IMG/VR virus record: IMGVR_UViG_3300035703_000061
Location: 1 to 64,000 of that record
From: a virus
DNA length: 64,000 nucleotides
Strand: one strand, 5' to 3'
Within the stretch, counting starts at the first letter, position 1, and the number at the start of each line of letters is the position of its first letter. The notes under the pieces are model-generated. The model was not told where the DNA came from, did no database searches, and was given only the letters and a program-made list of their open reading frames with translations. The translations under genes were made by a program, and so were the position numbers. Of the stretch, positions 24,089-33,730 are shown in pieces.

Positions 24089-25963
24089 ATGGAAAGCGAC
24101 GCAATTGATCTTGGTCACGTTGGTAGTGGCGGAGTGAGAGCTGATGGACTCACAAACGTGCTCATTGGTATGGGCACTGGCCGTGATAAGGCGCAATATA
24201 CTAAAACTACAGCCACAGTATTCCTAGCGCAAGAAGAACTAGAAAATCTTTATGGTGAATGGCTTCCTCGTCGCATTGTTGATATTTATGCTGACCAAGC
24301 CACTCGCAAAGGCTTCAAGGTATTGTTTGGTGGCGATGGCGTTAAAGCCGAAGAAGTGCAAGGAATTGAGCAAGTAATTGAAGACCTCTACATCCTCGAA
24401 CATCTCAACCTCGCAGCGAAGAACGCCCGCCTTTATGGGGGTGCTTGTCTACTTCTTTTTATTGACGATGGGCGTCCCGCTTACATGCCTGTCGATAAAC
24501 GGAATATCCGTCGCATCGAAGACATTGAGTGCTTGGACCGATGGCAAATTGCGCCCGTTATTAACGAAGAAAACTTATACGACTATTCAAAAGCCACTTA
24601 TTATCAGATCATCTCTGGAGATTTGATTAACCAGCCGCAGCTTACTTATATTCACAAGGATAGGATTTTGCGTTTTGATGGCGATTGGCTGCCATATCGC
24701 GTTAGGCAAAGGAACTATGGATGGGGCATGAGCAGTTTGCAAACTGTTTATGACAGCTTCAGGCATTATTGGACTGGCTTAAATTCGGCAGCAACGCTTC
24801 TCACTGAATTTGACATCTTTGTTCATAAAGTAAGGGGCCTTGCGGCAATGCTTGCTGCTGGCAAAGAAAGCTCCATTCGTGACCGCTTGCAAGTGAATGA
24901 TATGAGCAAGAGCATCTATCGCGGCTACGCGATTGATGCGGAGAAAGAAGAGCTTGAATTCATTAGCCGCAACTTTGGCGGCATTGGAGAAATCCTAGAA
25001 AAGCTGCGCGTTGATATTATTGGTGCCAGTAAGATTCCTCATACAGTGTTGTTTGGCGAAAGTCCGAGCGGGCTTGGCTCCACTGGCCGCAGTGAAGAGC
25101 GTGATTTCGCCAAAACTCTTGCTGATTATCAAAGTGTTCATTTCAAGCGGCCCATCAAGAAGCTGATGGAAATGATCATGCTTAGTAAGGAAGGCCCTAC
25201 AAAGGGGGAGCTTCCTGAATCGTGGCGCATTTCTTTCAATCCATTGTTCGAGCTTAATGAACGCGAAATGGCCGACGTACGGGCGCGTGTGGCGGCCGTA
25301 GACGGTCGTTACATCCAACTGGGTGTACTGAGTCCTAAGGAAGTGGCAGATGCCCGCTATGGCGGTTCTGAGTGGAGCATGGAACTCACCTTGGATCCGT
25401 CCGTAGTGCGGGAACTTCCTGCTCAAGCTGGGGGTGGTTCCACTCAGAAAGGGGGTGACGGAAAAATGGCGGTGCCTCCTGGCGGTCGTGATCCCATGAA
25501 CGAAGAAAATGGCACGCTTCCTATGGATGGCAGCCGTGAAGTGCAAGATGCTGCCGGGCTTTATTTGTCCCGAGATCTTGAGAAAGTGCGAGGCGAAGAA
25601 AAAGAAGATGCAGAATTTAAAGATAAAGAGCTGCACAAGCAAGCAGTGGCAGCAGCAAAGGCGAAGTTCAAAGTGTGGCCGAGTGCAGTTGCTGGGGCTT
25701 ATGTCACACAAAAGTACAAGGCTTTATACAAGCGCAAGCATGGCTCTATGCAAGGGGCTTTTAGTGGCAAAAAAGAGCAGGCGGAGTATTTCAAAAAAGA
25801 TGGAATGGAGCCAATGAAAGTGGAAGGCCTCATCCTTTCCGACCTTGACGAAGCTGCATTAATTAGTGCTGAGGATATTGACGCTGCATTGAATCAATGG
25901 AAGGAGGAAGCACCAGATCGTTTTAAGGATATTCTGGAGGCTGAAGATGCAAGGCCTGAATGA
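24089..25963 (+). CDS. portal protein (DUF1073-type) with C-terminal extension
   Basis: RIVDIYADQATRKG, ARLYGGA, IHKDRILRF, WGMS, IPHTVLFGESPSGL. Confidence 0.9.
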   Translation: MESDAIDLGHVGSGGVRADGLTNVLIGMGTGRDKAQYTKTTATVFLAQEELENLYGEWLPRRIVDIYADQATRKGFKVLFGGDGVKAEEVQGIEQVIEDLYILEHLNLAAKNARLYGGACLLLFIDDGRPAYMPVDKRNIRRIEDIECLDRWQIAPVINEENLYDYSKATYYQIISGDLINQPQLTYIHKDRILRFDGDWLPYRVRQRNYGWGMSSLQTVYDSFRHYWTGLNSAATLLTEFDIFVHKVRGLAAMLAAGKESSIRDRLQVNDMSKSIYRGYAIDAEKEELEFISRNFGGIGEILEKLRVDIIGASKIPHTVLFGESPSGLGSTGRSEERDFAKTLADYQSVHFKRPIKKLMEMIMLSKEGPTKGELPESWRISFNPLFELNEREMADVRARVAAVDGRYIQLGVLSPKEVADARYGGSEWSMELTLDPSVVRELPAQAGGGSTQKGGDGKMAVPPGGRDPMNEENGTLPMDGSREVQDAAGLYLSRDLEKVRGEEKEDAEFKDKELHKQAVAAAKAKFKVWPSAVAGAYVTQKYKALYKRKHGSMQGAFSGKKEQAEYFKKDGMEPMKVEGLILSDLDEAALISAEDIDAALNQWKEEAPDRFKDILEAEDARPE

Positions 25964-26630
25964 TTTATCAACGTTCGCTGCCGCTCTTGAACAGCGTCTT
26001 GACCAATCCTCATGGCGCTACGATCCCGTTAGTAGCCGTTATCGCGGAAGCAATGGACGGTTCCTCAGTCAGTCTGCCGTGGAAGCTTTGGTTGATGGTC
26101 GAATTAACAAGCTTGGCGCTTTGCTACGTCGTCTTACAAACATGCTTAGTAGCGGCGACATTACGTTGGTTCAATGGCAAGAAAGCGTAAGAGAAGCGCT
26201 TAAGCTTGCGCATGTACAAGCAGCGATCATTGGCAATGGTGGACGAGATACGATGCAAGCTTCAGACTGGGGTCGCATCGGTCAGCGCCTTCGTGCGGAA
26301 TATCGTTATTTGGAGGGTTTTGCTCGCGATCTTTTGGCTGGGAGCATTTCTGCTCCCATGGCTCTTGCTCGCATCGGCATGTACGCTCAAGCTGTCAGAG
26401 GTTCTTACTGGGAAGGCACCACAATTCGACAGGAGAAGCAAGGGTATAGCTTGATGCGACGCATCCTGGATCCGCAGGCAAAGCATTGTGACGACTGCTT
26501 GCGCTATGCAGGGCGAGGGGCTGTTCCCATTGGAAGTCTGCCCATGCCAGGCCAGCGGTGTGCTTGTATGTCCAATTGCAAATGCAGCGTAAAATACATG
26601 CGTCAACAAGCGCCAGTCGTGGCAGTGTGA
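25947..26630 (+). CDS. head morphogenesis / minor capsid protein (Mu F-like)
   Basis: Follows portal; HCDDC...PG..C.C.SNCKC C-terminus. Confidence 0.7.
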   Translation: MQGLNDLSTFAAALEQRLDQSSWRYDPVSSRYRGSNGRFLSQSAVEALVDGRINKLGALLRRLTNMLSSGDITLVQWQESVREALKLAHVQAAIIGNGGRDTMQASDWGRIGQRLRAEYRYLEGFARDLLAGSISAPMALARIGMYAQAVRGSYWEGTTIRQEKQGYSLMRRILDPQAKHCDDCLRYAGRGAVPIGSLPMPGQRCACMSNCKCSVKYMRQQAPVVAV

Positions 26631-26632
26631 GC

Positions 26633-27358
26633 ATGGATGTTTTAGTTGGAAGCACTGGCCTGATTGGAAGAGTGTTGCGCGAGCATCATGACTTTGGCTA
26701 CCTTTTTAATTCCAAAAACATTCATTTAGCACCGTCGCTTAAACAGGATATTGACGGGCTTTATTTGGCTTGTTTGCCGGCGGAGAAGTGGAAGGCAAAT
26801 CAAGCACCAATGGCCGATTTCGACAATATGTATCGTGTTGTTACAAAAATAAAAGCATTAAAACCGAAGGAAGTCATCCTTTATTCCACTATTGATATTT
26901 ACAGTCAGACTTATAAATACGTGGAAAACTTCCCAGAGATTCATGCCATTAATTATGGTTCCACGCGATACATTTTTGAGCTGTTAGTCAAGGCCGCATT
27001 CCCGGGATCTGTAATTACCATCATTCGTCTCCCTGCATTGTTTCATAGGCGCATTAAGAAAAACATTCTGTTTGATCTTCTCAATGGCAACAACATTGAA
27101 AAAATTAACGCGAATTCTTGTTATCAATGGTACGATTTAAGGGATTTATGGCTTCACACTGAAGCCTGTCAAAAAGGCGGAGAGCATCAATGGTTTTCCG
27201 AACCCATTGAAACTTTAGAAATTATTGACCGATGGTTCCCATGGACGAAGACAATCGTCGATTGCGGGCCGCGCATTGAATATAGCTATGGGCCTTATTT
27301 TTCCAGCAAAGAAACCACTTTGAAAAAGATGGAGGCATTTATCAATGCTTGGAATTAG
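26633..27358 (+). CDS. NAD(P)-dependent epimerase/reductase (extended SDR-like)
   Basis: LVGSTGLIG, YSTIDIY, YGSTR (YxxxR), IRLPALF. Confidence 0.85.
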   Translation: MDVLVGSTGLIGRVLREHHDFGYLFNSKNIHLAPSLKQDIDGLYLACLPAEKWKANQAPMADFDNMYRVVTKIKALKPKEVILYSTIDIYSQTYKYVENFPEIHAINYGSTRYIFELLVKAAFPGSVITIIRLPALFHRRIKKNILFDLLNGNNIEKINANSCYQWYDLRDLWLHTEACQKGGEHQWFSEPIETLEIIDRWFPWTKTIVDCGPRIEYSYGPYFSSKETTLKKMEAFINAWN

Positions 27359-28085
27359 CGCGATTGGTTGGAAAGATGAAGAAGAGCATGAAATTTTAAG
27401 CGCCAATGCTGGCGCTTTTAATTTCATCGAGCTGGTGCCGTCTCGCATCTTTGCCAGAAACGAAGACTTTGGCGACATTGCAAAGCGCTATAGGGAGCAT
27501 TATGGACTTTGGACTTATTCGGCTCAGGCGCTGTTCTACGACAGCGCCGTTCAAAGCTTTGAAGACACCGCTGCCACGCAAGAGCATTTGCTGCGAGTGG
27601 TGAAGCTTGGATCGCTGATGGGCATTAAGCGCTTTGTTCTTGGAAGTCCCGCTTTACGCAGGGGAAGCCCGTCAAGCTTGATGGAGGTCTTGAGGCGTAT
27701 GGATTCAATCCTGAACGCCAATGATGCCATTCTTTGCATTGAGCCCATTGCAAAAGCATTTGGCGGGAAGTATTTCCACACGGTCGAGGAGATTATCAAT
27801 CACATTGATTTTTACAACTTGCGCAATGTAAAGACAATGCTTGATACAAATAACGCTTGGCTGCAGGGCGATAGTCCGACAAAGATTATCAAACATTACT
27901 TCCGTTTCATTGCGCACGTCCATATCAGTGACACTGACAATGGTCCCATCTTGAACCAGTATGAACACAAGCAAATCAAACGGCTTTTAGTTGCAAGCAG
28001 CTACCAAGGCGGAATCACGCGCGAGCTTGTGAATGCTTCTCAGCACCATCGAGAATATCCGCTATTTAGACGGCTTTATGACTGA
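27345..28085 (+). CDS. sugar isomerase/epimerase, xylose-isomerase-like TIM barrel
   Basis: VLGSP..R, CIEP, LDTNN, HVHISD, terminal E metal ligands. Confidence 0.85.
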   Translation: MLGISAIGWKDEEEHEILSANAGAFNFIELVPSRIFARNEDFGDIAKRYREHYGLWTYSAQALFYDSAVQSFEDTAATQEHLLRVVKLGSLMGIKRFVLGSPALRRGSPSSLMEVLRRMDSILNANDAILCIEPIAKAFGGKYFHTVEEIINHIDFYNLRNVKTMLDTNNAWLQGDSPTKIIKHYFRFIAHVHISDTDNGPILNQYEHKQIKRLLVASSYQGGITRELVNASQHHREYPLFRRLYD

Positions 28086-29029
28086 GCAATAATTTGCCTG
28101 GCCATGCTTTCAATGGTATAGATGCCTTGAATTTTGCCCGTAAAGAAAGAGAATAGATTTTCGTCTTGACGCATCAATGGCGTACGATTGGCGCTGCAGT
28201 CTTTCGTCTTTGCTTTAATTGAGAGAGTGGGAAATAGATAGTCAAAGCTATCAGCAAAATCTGGCCAATAGCGCTCCACGTGTTGCTCAATCAATTGCCT
28301 TGCATTGTCTGCATTATCGAGCAAGTTGTCGTTCATAATACCATGTTTCACATGACTTAATGAGAAGCATTTGTCGTTATATGGATAGATGGAAAATAGT
28401 TCTCCATCAATGTAGGTGAGGGCACCGAATGGAAGAGGTTTTTTGGAGCGGTAAATAAACATTGCCACTGCTTCAAAGAAGTGAGAGGGCAATGGCTCCA
28501 GGAGTGCATTATTGGTGCAATCAAAAACAAAATCGTAATCTTGCTTCAACGCTTTCAAATTGCATTGCTGAATTCGCTCTTTTTTGACCAGTGGTTCTAG
28601 GCACCATTGAAAATATAGGCTTGCTCCAATGGCATCAATGCGCTTTTCGGGAGTGGCCAGTAAAAGCGATGTGTGGTTAAAAGCTTGTGGATCTAACTGA
28701 GCATGCGGACCATTCCCGAAAATAATGGAAATAGTTTCAGCATCAAGAAGACTTTCATCTTCCGACACTGCGTAGTAATTATTCTCCACGTCATGGACAA
28801 GGTCACCATAGTCCTCCATGAAGCGCGCAAAAGTGGTGGCACACAAGCGGCGAGTGGCAGCATTTCTGGCATAGTGATAGCCATAGTGCAAGCGGTTTTG
28901 ATTGATAAAAGAAGTTTCTGAAATGAGCGTATGATTCTTTTCATACAGCGTCACTTCCATCTCATCGCGGAATGTCATTGCTAAATGACATCCCACCCAG
29001 CCTCCGCCAATAATTGCTACGCGCTTCAT
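28076..29029 (-). CDS. FAD-dependent oxidoreductase
   Basis: IIGGGWVG, LYEK, NQNRLHYGYHY, TGKI. Confidence 0.85.
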   Translation of the reverse strand: MKRVAIIGGGWVGCHLAMTFRDEMEVTLYEKNHTLISETSFINQNRLHYGYHYARNAATRRLCATTFARFMEDYGDLVHDVENNYYAVSEDESLLDAETISIIFGNGPHAQLDPQAFNHTSLLLATPEKRIDAIGASLYFQWCLEPLVKKERIQQCNLKALKQDYDFVFDCTNNALLEPLPSHFFEAVAMFIYRSKKPLPFGALTYIDGELFSIYPYNDKCFSLSHVKHGIMNDNLLDNADNARQLIEQHVERYWPDFADSFDYLFPTLSIKAKTKDCSANRTPLMRQDENLFSFFTGKIQGIYTIESMARQIIAQS

Positions 29030-29724
29030 CAGATGTCAATGCAAAGGTGGGGTTGAACGCCTTGCCAGTTGCTTTTGGCTTTAGCGAGGTGCAGTTGCGG
29101 GAAGTATTCGATGCGGCGCTGCATGCCAGTGCCGTATGGATCTGCGTGCCCCTGATAGTTCCATTCATCAGGGCCGTGCTTGTTTGGATGGTAAATGTGG
29201 CAAGGCACGTCCTGAAGCTTCCAGAGCATGTAGTCTTCGTTTGGTACGCCCCACTGCTTCCATTGCTGCAATGCTTCAGGAGAGCTGTCTAGGTTCTTGA
29301 TGGCCATTAAGCGCTCCTTGTGGACCATGAGGTAGTCGTAACGATAAAGACCGATGCTCATTGACGGCGTTTGCTTCATTGCCACTTTCTCTGGAGCATC
29401 TACAGGAGGCTCATAAGCCAATGCCTTAAAGAGGGGGCCTGCGATGCACGTGTCATGGAGGAGAAACCAATACGGGCTCTCCATCGAATGCTCCACAATT
29501 TCAATAAGCGGCGTGTATTCAAAGGAATTCTGCTGCGTCAGCAGCATTGGCACCCCTTTATAGCTTGTATCAGCGCGAACAGTTTGACCGCCATTGACGA
29601 TCAAAATTTCCTCTTGCTTAATGCCAGCAGCAAGCAAGCTAGGAATGATGACGGGAATGGTATGCGGGGCAAATTTCTTGCACGTGCTGATGCAAAAGCG
29701 TATCGAGCCAAGTGGTAATGTCAT
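29029..29724 (-). CDS. putative GT-A-fold glycosyltransferase-like protein
   Basis: NSFEYT...YWFLLHDTC...ED; located in the sugar cluster. Confidence 0.55.
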   Translation of the reverse strand: MTLPLGSIRFCISTCKKFAPHTIPVIIPSLLAAGIKQEEILIVNGGQTVRADTSYKGVPMLLTQQNSFEYTPLIEIVEHSMESPYWFLLHDTCIAGPLFKALAYEPPVDAPEKVAMKQTPSMSIGLYRYDYLMVHKERLMAIKNLDSSPEALQQWKQWGVPNEDYMLWKLQDVPCHIYHPNKHGPDEWNYQGHADPYGTGMQRRIEYFPQLHLAKAKSNWQGVQPHLCIDI

Positions 29725-29784
29725 TTGCCTCCTTTTGCCATCAGTATAAAAGCTCCTTAAGATGACGAAGATTCAGAGGAGACT

Positions 29785-31008
29785 ATGGCTCGGATTCTTT
29801 ATTGTGGCGATGCGTTTGTAGAGACAGGCTTTGGGCGAGTGGCGCAATATTTGCTTCCTGCATTGGCAGAAGAGCATGAAGTGGCAGTATTAGCAGTTAA
29901 CTACCATGGAGACCCCTGTCCGGAAGCGAAGAACTATACGGTTTATCCTGCCATGCTGCATGGCAATGATCCGTTTGGCTCCCATCGCATTACAGGCGTC
30001 ATTCAAGCCTTCAAGCCGGATCTTGTATGGGTGACTAATGACATCTGGATTGCCTTGCAACTATGGGAAAGGGCAAAACCATTGAAGGAGCAGCTTGGCT
30101 TCAAATGGTTTGTCTACACTCCCATTGATTCTTACGGCTTGTTTCCAGACCTGGCTAAGCCCATGATGGAATGGGATGGTCTTGCCACTTATACGGAATT
30201 CGCTAAGAAAGAGCTTGAGCTAATGGGCTACACAAAGCCCGTGCGCATTATTGGACATGGCACCGACTTTACGAAATTCTTTCCAATGGACAAGGAAGAA
30301 TGTCGCAAAAAGCTTGGCGTGCCAGATGATGTGTTCGTCGTGTTCAATGGCAACAGGAACCAACCGCGCAAGCGCATTGACTTAACAATTAAGGCGTTCA
30401 TCAAATTTGCCAAAGACAAGGACGACGCTCGCCTATGGCTCAATATGGGCAGTAAGGATTTGGGATGGGAATTGGTGCCGCTCTTTAAACGAGTGGCACG
30501 TGACGAAGGCTTCGATCCCACTAGCAAGCTTATTTTGACGAGCCCGCACTTCTCGGTTGATAACTGCCTTCCCGTTGAGCAGCTTAATCAAGTGTATAAC
30601 GCTGCCGATATTGGCATTAACACTTGCATTGGTGAGGGATGGGGCTTGGTCAATTCAGAGCATGGCGCCACTGGCGTGGCGCAAGTGGTTCCTGACCATA
30701 CAAGCCTGGCTGAAATCTTTGATGAGATGCCTCGCATTGAATGCAATGCCAGCGAAACTGATAGGAACTATGGCTTAGAGCGCTTGCTTCCAGATCCTGA
30801 ATGCGCCGCAAATATTCTCACTTACTACTACGAGAACCGCGACATTCTGAAGCAGCATGGACAATGGTGCTACAAACGCCTCCATGAAGAACCGTTTACA
30901 TGGCCCTACATTCAGCAGCAGCTTAAAGATGCAGTGAACGAAACGCTTGCTGCTAAGCCTGCAGAGCCTGAATTTAAGGGCTTTGGTACTCCCGCCAAGA
31001 TTGTTTGA
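29785..31008 (+). CDS. glycosyltransferase family 4 (GT-B)
   Basis: TGFGRV, NRNQPRKRID, YNAAD...GEGWGL..SE. Confidence 0.92.
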   Translation: MARILYCGDAFVETGFGRVAQYLLPALAEEHEVAVLAVNYHGDPCPEAKNYTVYPAMLHGNDPFGSHRITGVIQAFKPDLVWVTNDIWIALQLWERAKPLKEQLGFKWFVYTPIDSYGLFPDLAKPMMEWDGLATYTEFAKKELELMGYTKPVRIIGHGTDFTKFFPMDKEECRKKLGVPDDVFVVFNGNRNQPRKRIDLTIKAFIKFAKDKDDARLWLNMGSKDLGWELVPLFKRVARDEGFDPTSKLILTSPHFSVDNCLPVEQLNQVYNAADIGINTCIGEGWGLVNSEHGATGVAQVVPDHTSLAEIFDEMPRIECNASETDRNYGLERLLPDPECAANILTYYYENRDILKQHGQWCYKRLHEEPFTWPYIQQQLKDAVNETLAAKPAEPEFKGFGTPAKIV

Positions 31009-31013
31009 TTGCC

Positions 31014-31730
31014 ATGCAGATTTCACAAATCTTTCTTTCTACTGACCCAGCAGAAAAGCTGAGTCCATTTCTCAAGCATGCCACGGGAACTATTGACGCA
31101 TGCTTCCCCGATGCTGAGCATGTCATTTACAACAGCGATACGCTTCGTTCTTTCATCGCCGAGAACTATGAAGAGGAAGTGGTGTGGGCATATGATTGCT
31201 TGGCGCCATTCTCTTACAAGGCGGATCTTGGTCGATTCTGCTTGCTGAATAAACTTGGAGGCTGGTATTTTGATATTGGCGTGAGGGCCTTTAATGCAGT
31301 GGATCTTGGTGATCGCATTGAATTTTTGGCTTTCCGTGATATTCAACGCTTTAGCTACACAAGCTGGGCCTGTGCCACAACTGTGCTCTATTCCAAGCCA
31401 GACAATGCAGCGCTGCAAACTGCCATTGACATGATTGTGGCTAATTGTATTCAGCAATACTATGGCATCACGCCATTGTGCCCCACTGGTCCTACGCTTT
31501 TAGGCAAAGCTCTTGCTGTAAATGGCAGCCAAGCTAACTTTGTCTATGGTGATTATCTTGAGTTGACGCCGACGCACGGTCAGAAGAACCGAGCGTTCGT
31601 GCTTCCTGATGGCACGATTATGGCCTGGAGCAAGCCTGCAGGAGGCGGTGATCTCACTGGGCTTGGTGCTAGGGGCGTGAACAATTACAACGAACTGTGG
31701 GCTGCGAGGAAAGTCTATGCAACCGTCTGA
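31014..31730 (+). CDS. glycosyltransferase family 32-like
   Basis: KADLGRF...GGWYFD, TGP.LL. Confidence 0.8.
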   Translation: MQISQIFLSTDPAEKLSPFLKHATGTIDACFPDAEHVIYNSDTLRSFIAENYEEEVVWAYDCLAPFSYKADLGRFCLLNKLGGWYFDIGVRAFNAVDLGDRIEFLAFRDIQRFSYTSWACATTVLYSKPDNAALQTAIDMIVANCIQQYYGITPLCPTGPTLLGKALAVNGSQANFVYGDYLELTPTHGQKNRAFVLPDGTIMAWSKPAGGGDLTGLGARGVNNYNELWAARKVYATV

Positions 31731-32433
31731 CTACACTATTTATGCCGTGTGCATTCCCGGCGAGAAAGTGAGGTATGAAGCTCGCTCTCGCATCGTTCCC
31801 ATTATGGGAGGAGCATATGCCTTGTCTAATGAGGAGCGTGAAACGCTCCGTGCGCAAGGTTATGTGTTTGACGATGAGAATGCTTCTCTTTCCACTCGCA
31901 ATAGTCGATGGGGAGAATTGTCCTGTATTTCTTGGATGATTCTCAATGCCAATGAGAAGAACATTGGCAACGCACAGTACAGGCGCAATTGGTTGGAGCC
32001 AAATGATCAATGGTACGACGAAAATACCTTGTACTTTCCAGAGCCTGCATTGTTTAATTGCACACTTGAGCAGCAGTTCTATGGTGGACATTCCGCTTTT
32101 GACGCCCCTGCGATCACCAGGGAAATTGCGGATTCAGGAAGCTGGATCTTTTCAAGACAAGAAATTGATGCCATTTGGAAGCAGAATAGCTTTATCGGCT
32201 GCAACATGGCCAGAGGAGGCAATGTTCAATACAAGCAATTTATGAGCGCACTATTCGTTGCATTGGCTCCTATTTGGCACAAGCACGAGGAGCAGTTTCT
32301 TCGCATTGGAGGCTATGACAAGCGGGCGTTAGCTTTTATTGCTGAACGCCTTATTACTGGCATGGTTTTGTATCGTGACAAACTTTTTCCAGGCATGAAT
32401 ATTGCCACTGCTCCTATAGGATTCATCCATTGA
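31717..32433 (+). CDS. DUF4422-like glycosyltransferase
   Basis: N..WGELS..W...IG..QYRR, CNM, R..AFIAER. Confidence 0.7.
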   Translation: MQPSDYTIYAVCIPGEKVRYEARSRIVPIMGGAYALSNEERETLRAQGYVFDDENASLSTRNSRWGELSCISWMILNANEKNIGNAQYRRNWLEPNDQWYDENTLYFPEPALFNCTLEQQFYGGHSAFDAPAITREIADSGSWIFSRQEIDAIWKQNSFIGCNMARGGNVQYKQFMSALFVALAPIWHKHEEQFLRIGGYDKRALAFIAERLITGMVLYRDKLFPGMNIATAPIGFIH

Positions 32434-32459
32434 TTATGCTTAAGAAAAGCATTTTGACC

Positions 32460-32729
32460 ATGACTAAGAAGGAGAAGCAGGCAAAAATTGCTCGTGTTTT
32501 GCGCGAGTTTAAAGCTGGAAAGCTCAAAGGAAGCGACAAAAAGCCTATAACAAATCGTCGCCAAGCAATTGCCATCGCCCTCTCCGAAGCCGGTATGTCA
32601 ATGAAAGGCAAAAGCGATGCTTACATTGATGCCTACATTGATACCATGATGTGCATGGAAGTAGAGGAGCCCGAGGAAGAGAATGGTATGGAAGAGGAAA
32701 TGGATGGGAGCTGCGGAAAAAAGCGCTGA
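32460..32729 (+). CDS. DUF6496-like head-module protein; N-terminal part of a predicted -1 frameshift fusion
   Basis: KIARVLREFKAGKLK...RQAIAIALSEAG; ends GGA AAA AAG CGC TGA. Confidence 0.75.
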   Translation: MTKKEKQAKIARVLREFKAGKLKGSDKKPITNRRQAIAIALSEAGMSMKGKSDAYIDAYIDTMMCMEVEEPEEENGMEEEMDGSCGKKR

Positions 32730-33076
32730 GGGGAGACGCTGAAAGCTTCTCCCCTCCTGCTGCTGTAAGGAGTGCCGCTCGTCGTGGTTTAGAACTACGC
32801 AAGAAGCACGGCAAAGGCGGCTTGACGACGCAGGAGGCGGGGAAGCAGGGCATTGGTAGCGGAGTGGCTAGGGCTACAAGCTTGGCAAATGGAGAGAAAG
32901 TGAGCTACGCCACCATCAAGAGAATGGCAGCGTTTTTTTCTCGCCATCGAAAGAATAAAAGTGGTGGAGAAGATGATGCAGGGCGAATCGCATGGCTGCT
33001 CTGGGGATCAGACGCAGGAGAGTCTTGGGCTCGACGCATCATTAAAATGGTGGAAAGTCGAAATAAAGACCAATGA
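32717..33076 (+). CDS. phage head-associated domain, probably expressed by -1 frameshift
   Basis: PP.AV..AARRGL...GVARA..L...TIKRM..FFSRH...IAW.LWG; no credible start of its own. Confidence 0.7.
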   Translation, partial: KKALRGDAESFSPPAAVRSAARRGLELRKKHGKGGLTTQEAGKQGIGSGVARATSLANGEKVSYATIKRMAAFFSRHRKNKSGGEDDAGRIAWLLWGSDAGESWARRIIKMVESRNKDQ

Positions 33077-33387
33077 GCGAATACGTGCGCGTTATCGAAC
33101 AAGAAGACGAAGGCATTGGTCTAATGCAGGCTTTGTCCATTCTTTCCGCCAACGAACATCGCAACACTTCACGCTGGGAGCTTGTTGAAAAGCAATGCTT
33201 CAAGAATGGCCGTCTCGACGAAACTCACATCTATGTGATGAGTGTTTACGACAAGCCTGATCCTCATTTTGATCCAACAAAATTCCTCACTTTTGAAATT
33301 GAGGCAATGGCGAAGTCATATATTATGGAAGGCATTGAGGATCAACTACGCGACCTTCGTGGCGATGATGATGACGAAGAGGATTAA
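33073..33387 (+). CDS. hypothetical protein
   Basis: ATGA coupling, 104 aa, acidic tail. Confidence 0.7.
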   Translation: MSEYVRVIEQEDEGIGLMQALSILSANEHRNTSRWELVEKQCFKNGRLDETHIYVMSVYDKPDPHFDPTKFLTFEIEAMAKSYIMEGIEDQLRDLRGDDDDEED

Positions 33388-33668
33388 TCGCGCTTCGCAT
33401 TAAGAATGAACGATGGGTAGCCCATCAGCCACAGCACGCTAATTCCATAGAGTCCACTGAGAGTGCGAATTTGCACGCAGTCAGGAGCGAGTTCTGCACG
33501 TTCCATTCGAGAATAAGAACTCTGACTTGTATGCAAAGCTTCCGCTACATTCTTCTGTGAAAGCCCGCTGTTAAGGCGGGCTTCTTTAATGCGAGAAGCA
33601 ATGAGAAGACGAGCCTGCTGATGAGGCATTTTAAGCACATCGGCATTGCTCTTCTTAAGGAACATCAT
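33384..33668 (-). CDS. XRE-family HTH transcriptional regulator
   Basis: RIKEARLNSGLSQKNVAEALHTSQSSYSRMER...YGISVLWL. Confidence 0.88.
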   Translation of the reverse strand: MMFLKKSNADVLKMPHQQARLLIASRIKEARLNSGLSQKNVAEALHTSQSSYSRMERAELAPDCVQIRTLSGLYGISVLWLMGYPSFILNAKRD

Positions 33669-33730
33669 TTTCTAGTCAGTTCTGAATAGTTGTTTTTATA
33701 ATAAACTAAGTTTATTAGTAAAGTGAGTAT

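Noticed and set aside
32651-32716. ATG 32651 as the start of the downstream head-associated ORF
   Set aside because: It gives a 79-nt overlap with an implausible N-terminus; the frameshift signal explains the ORF better.
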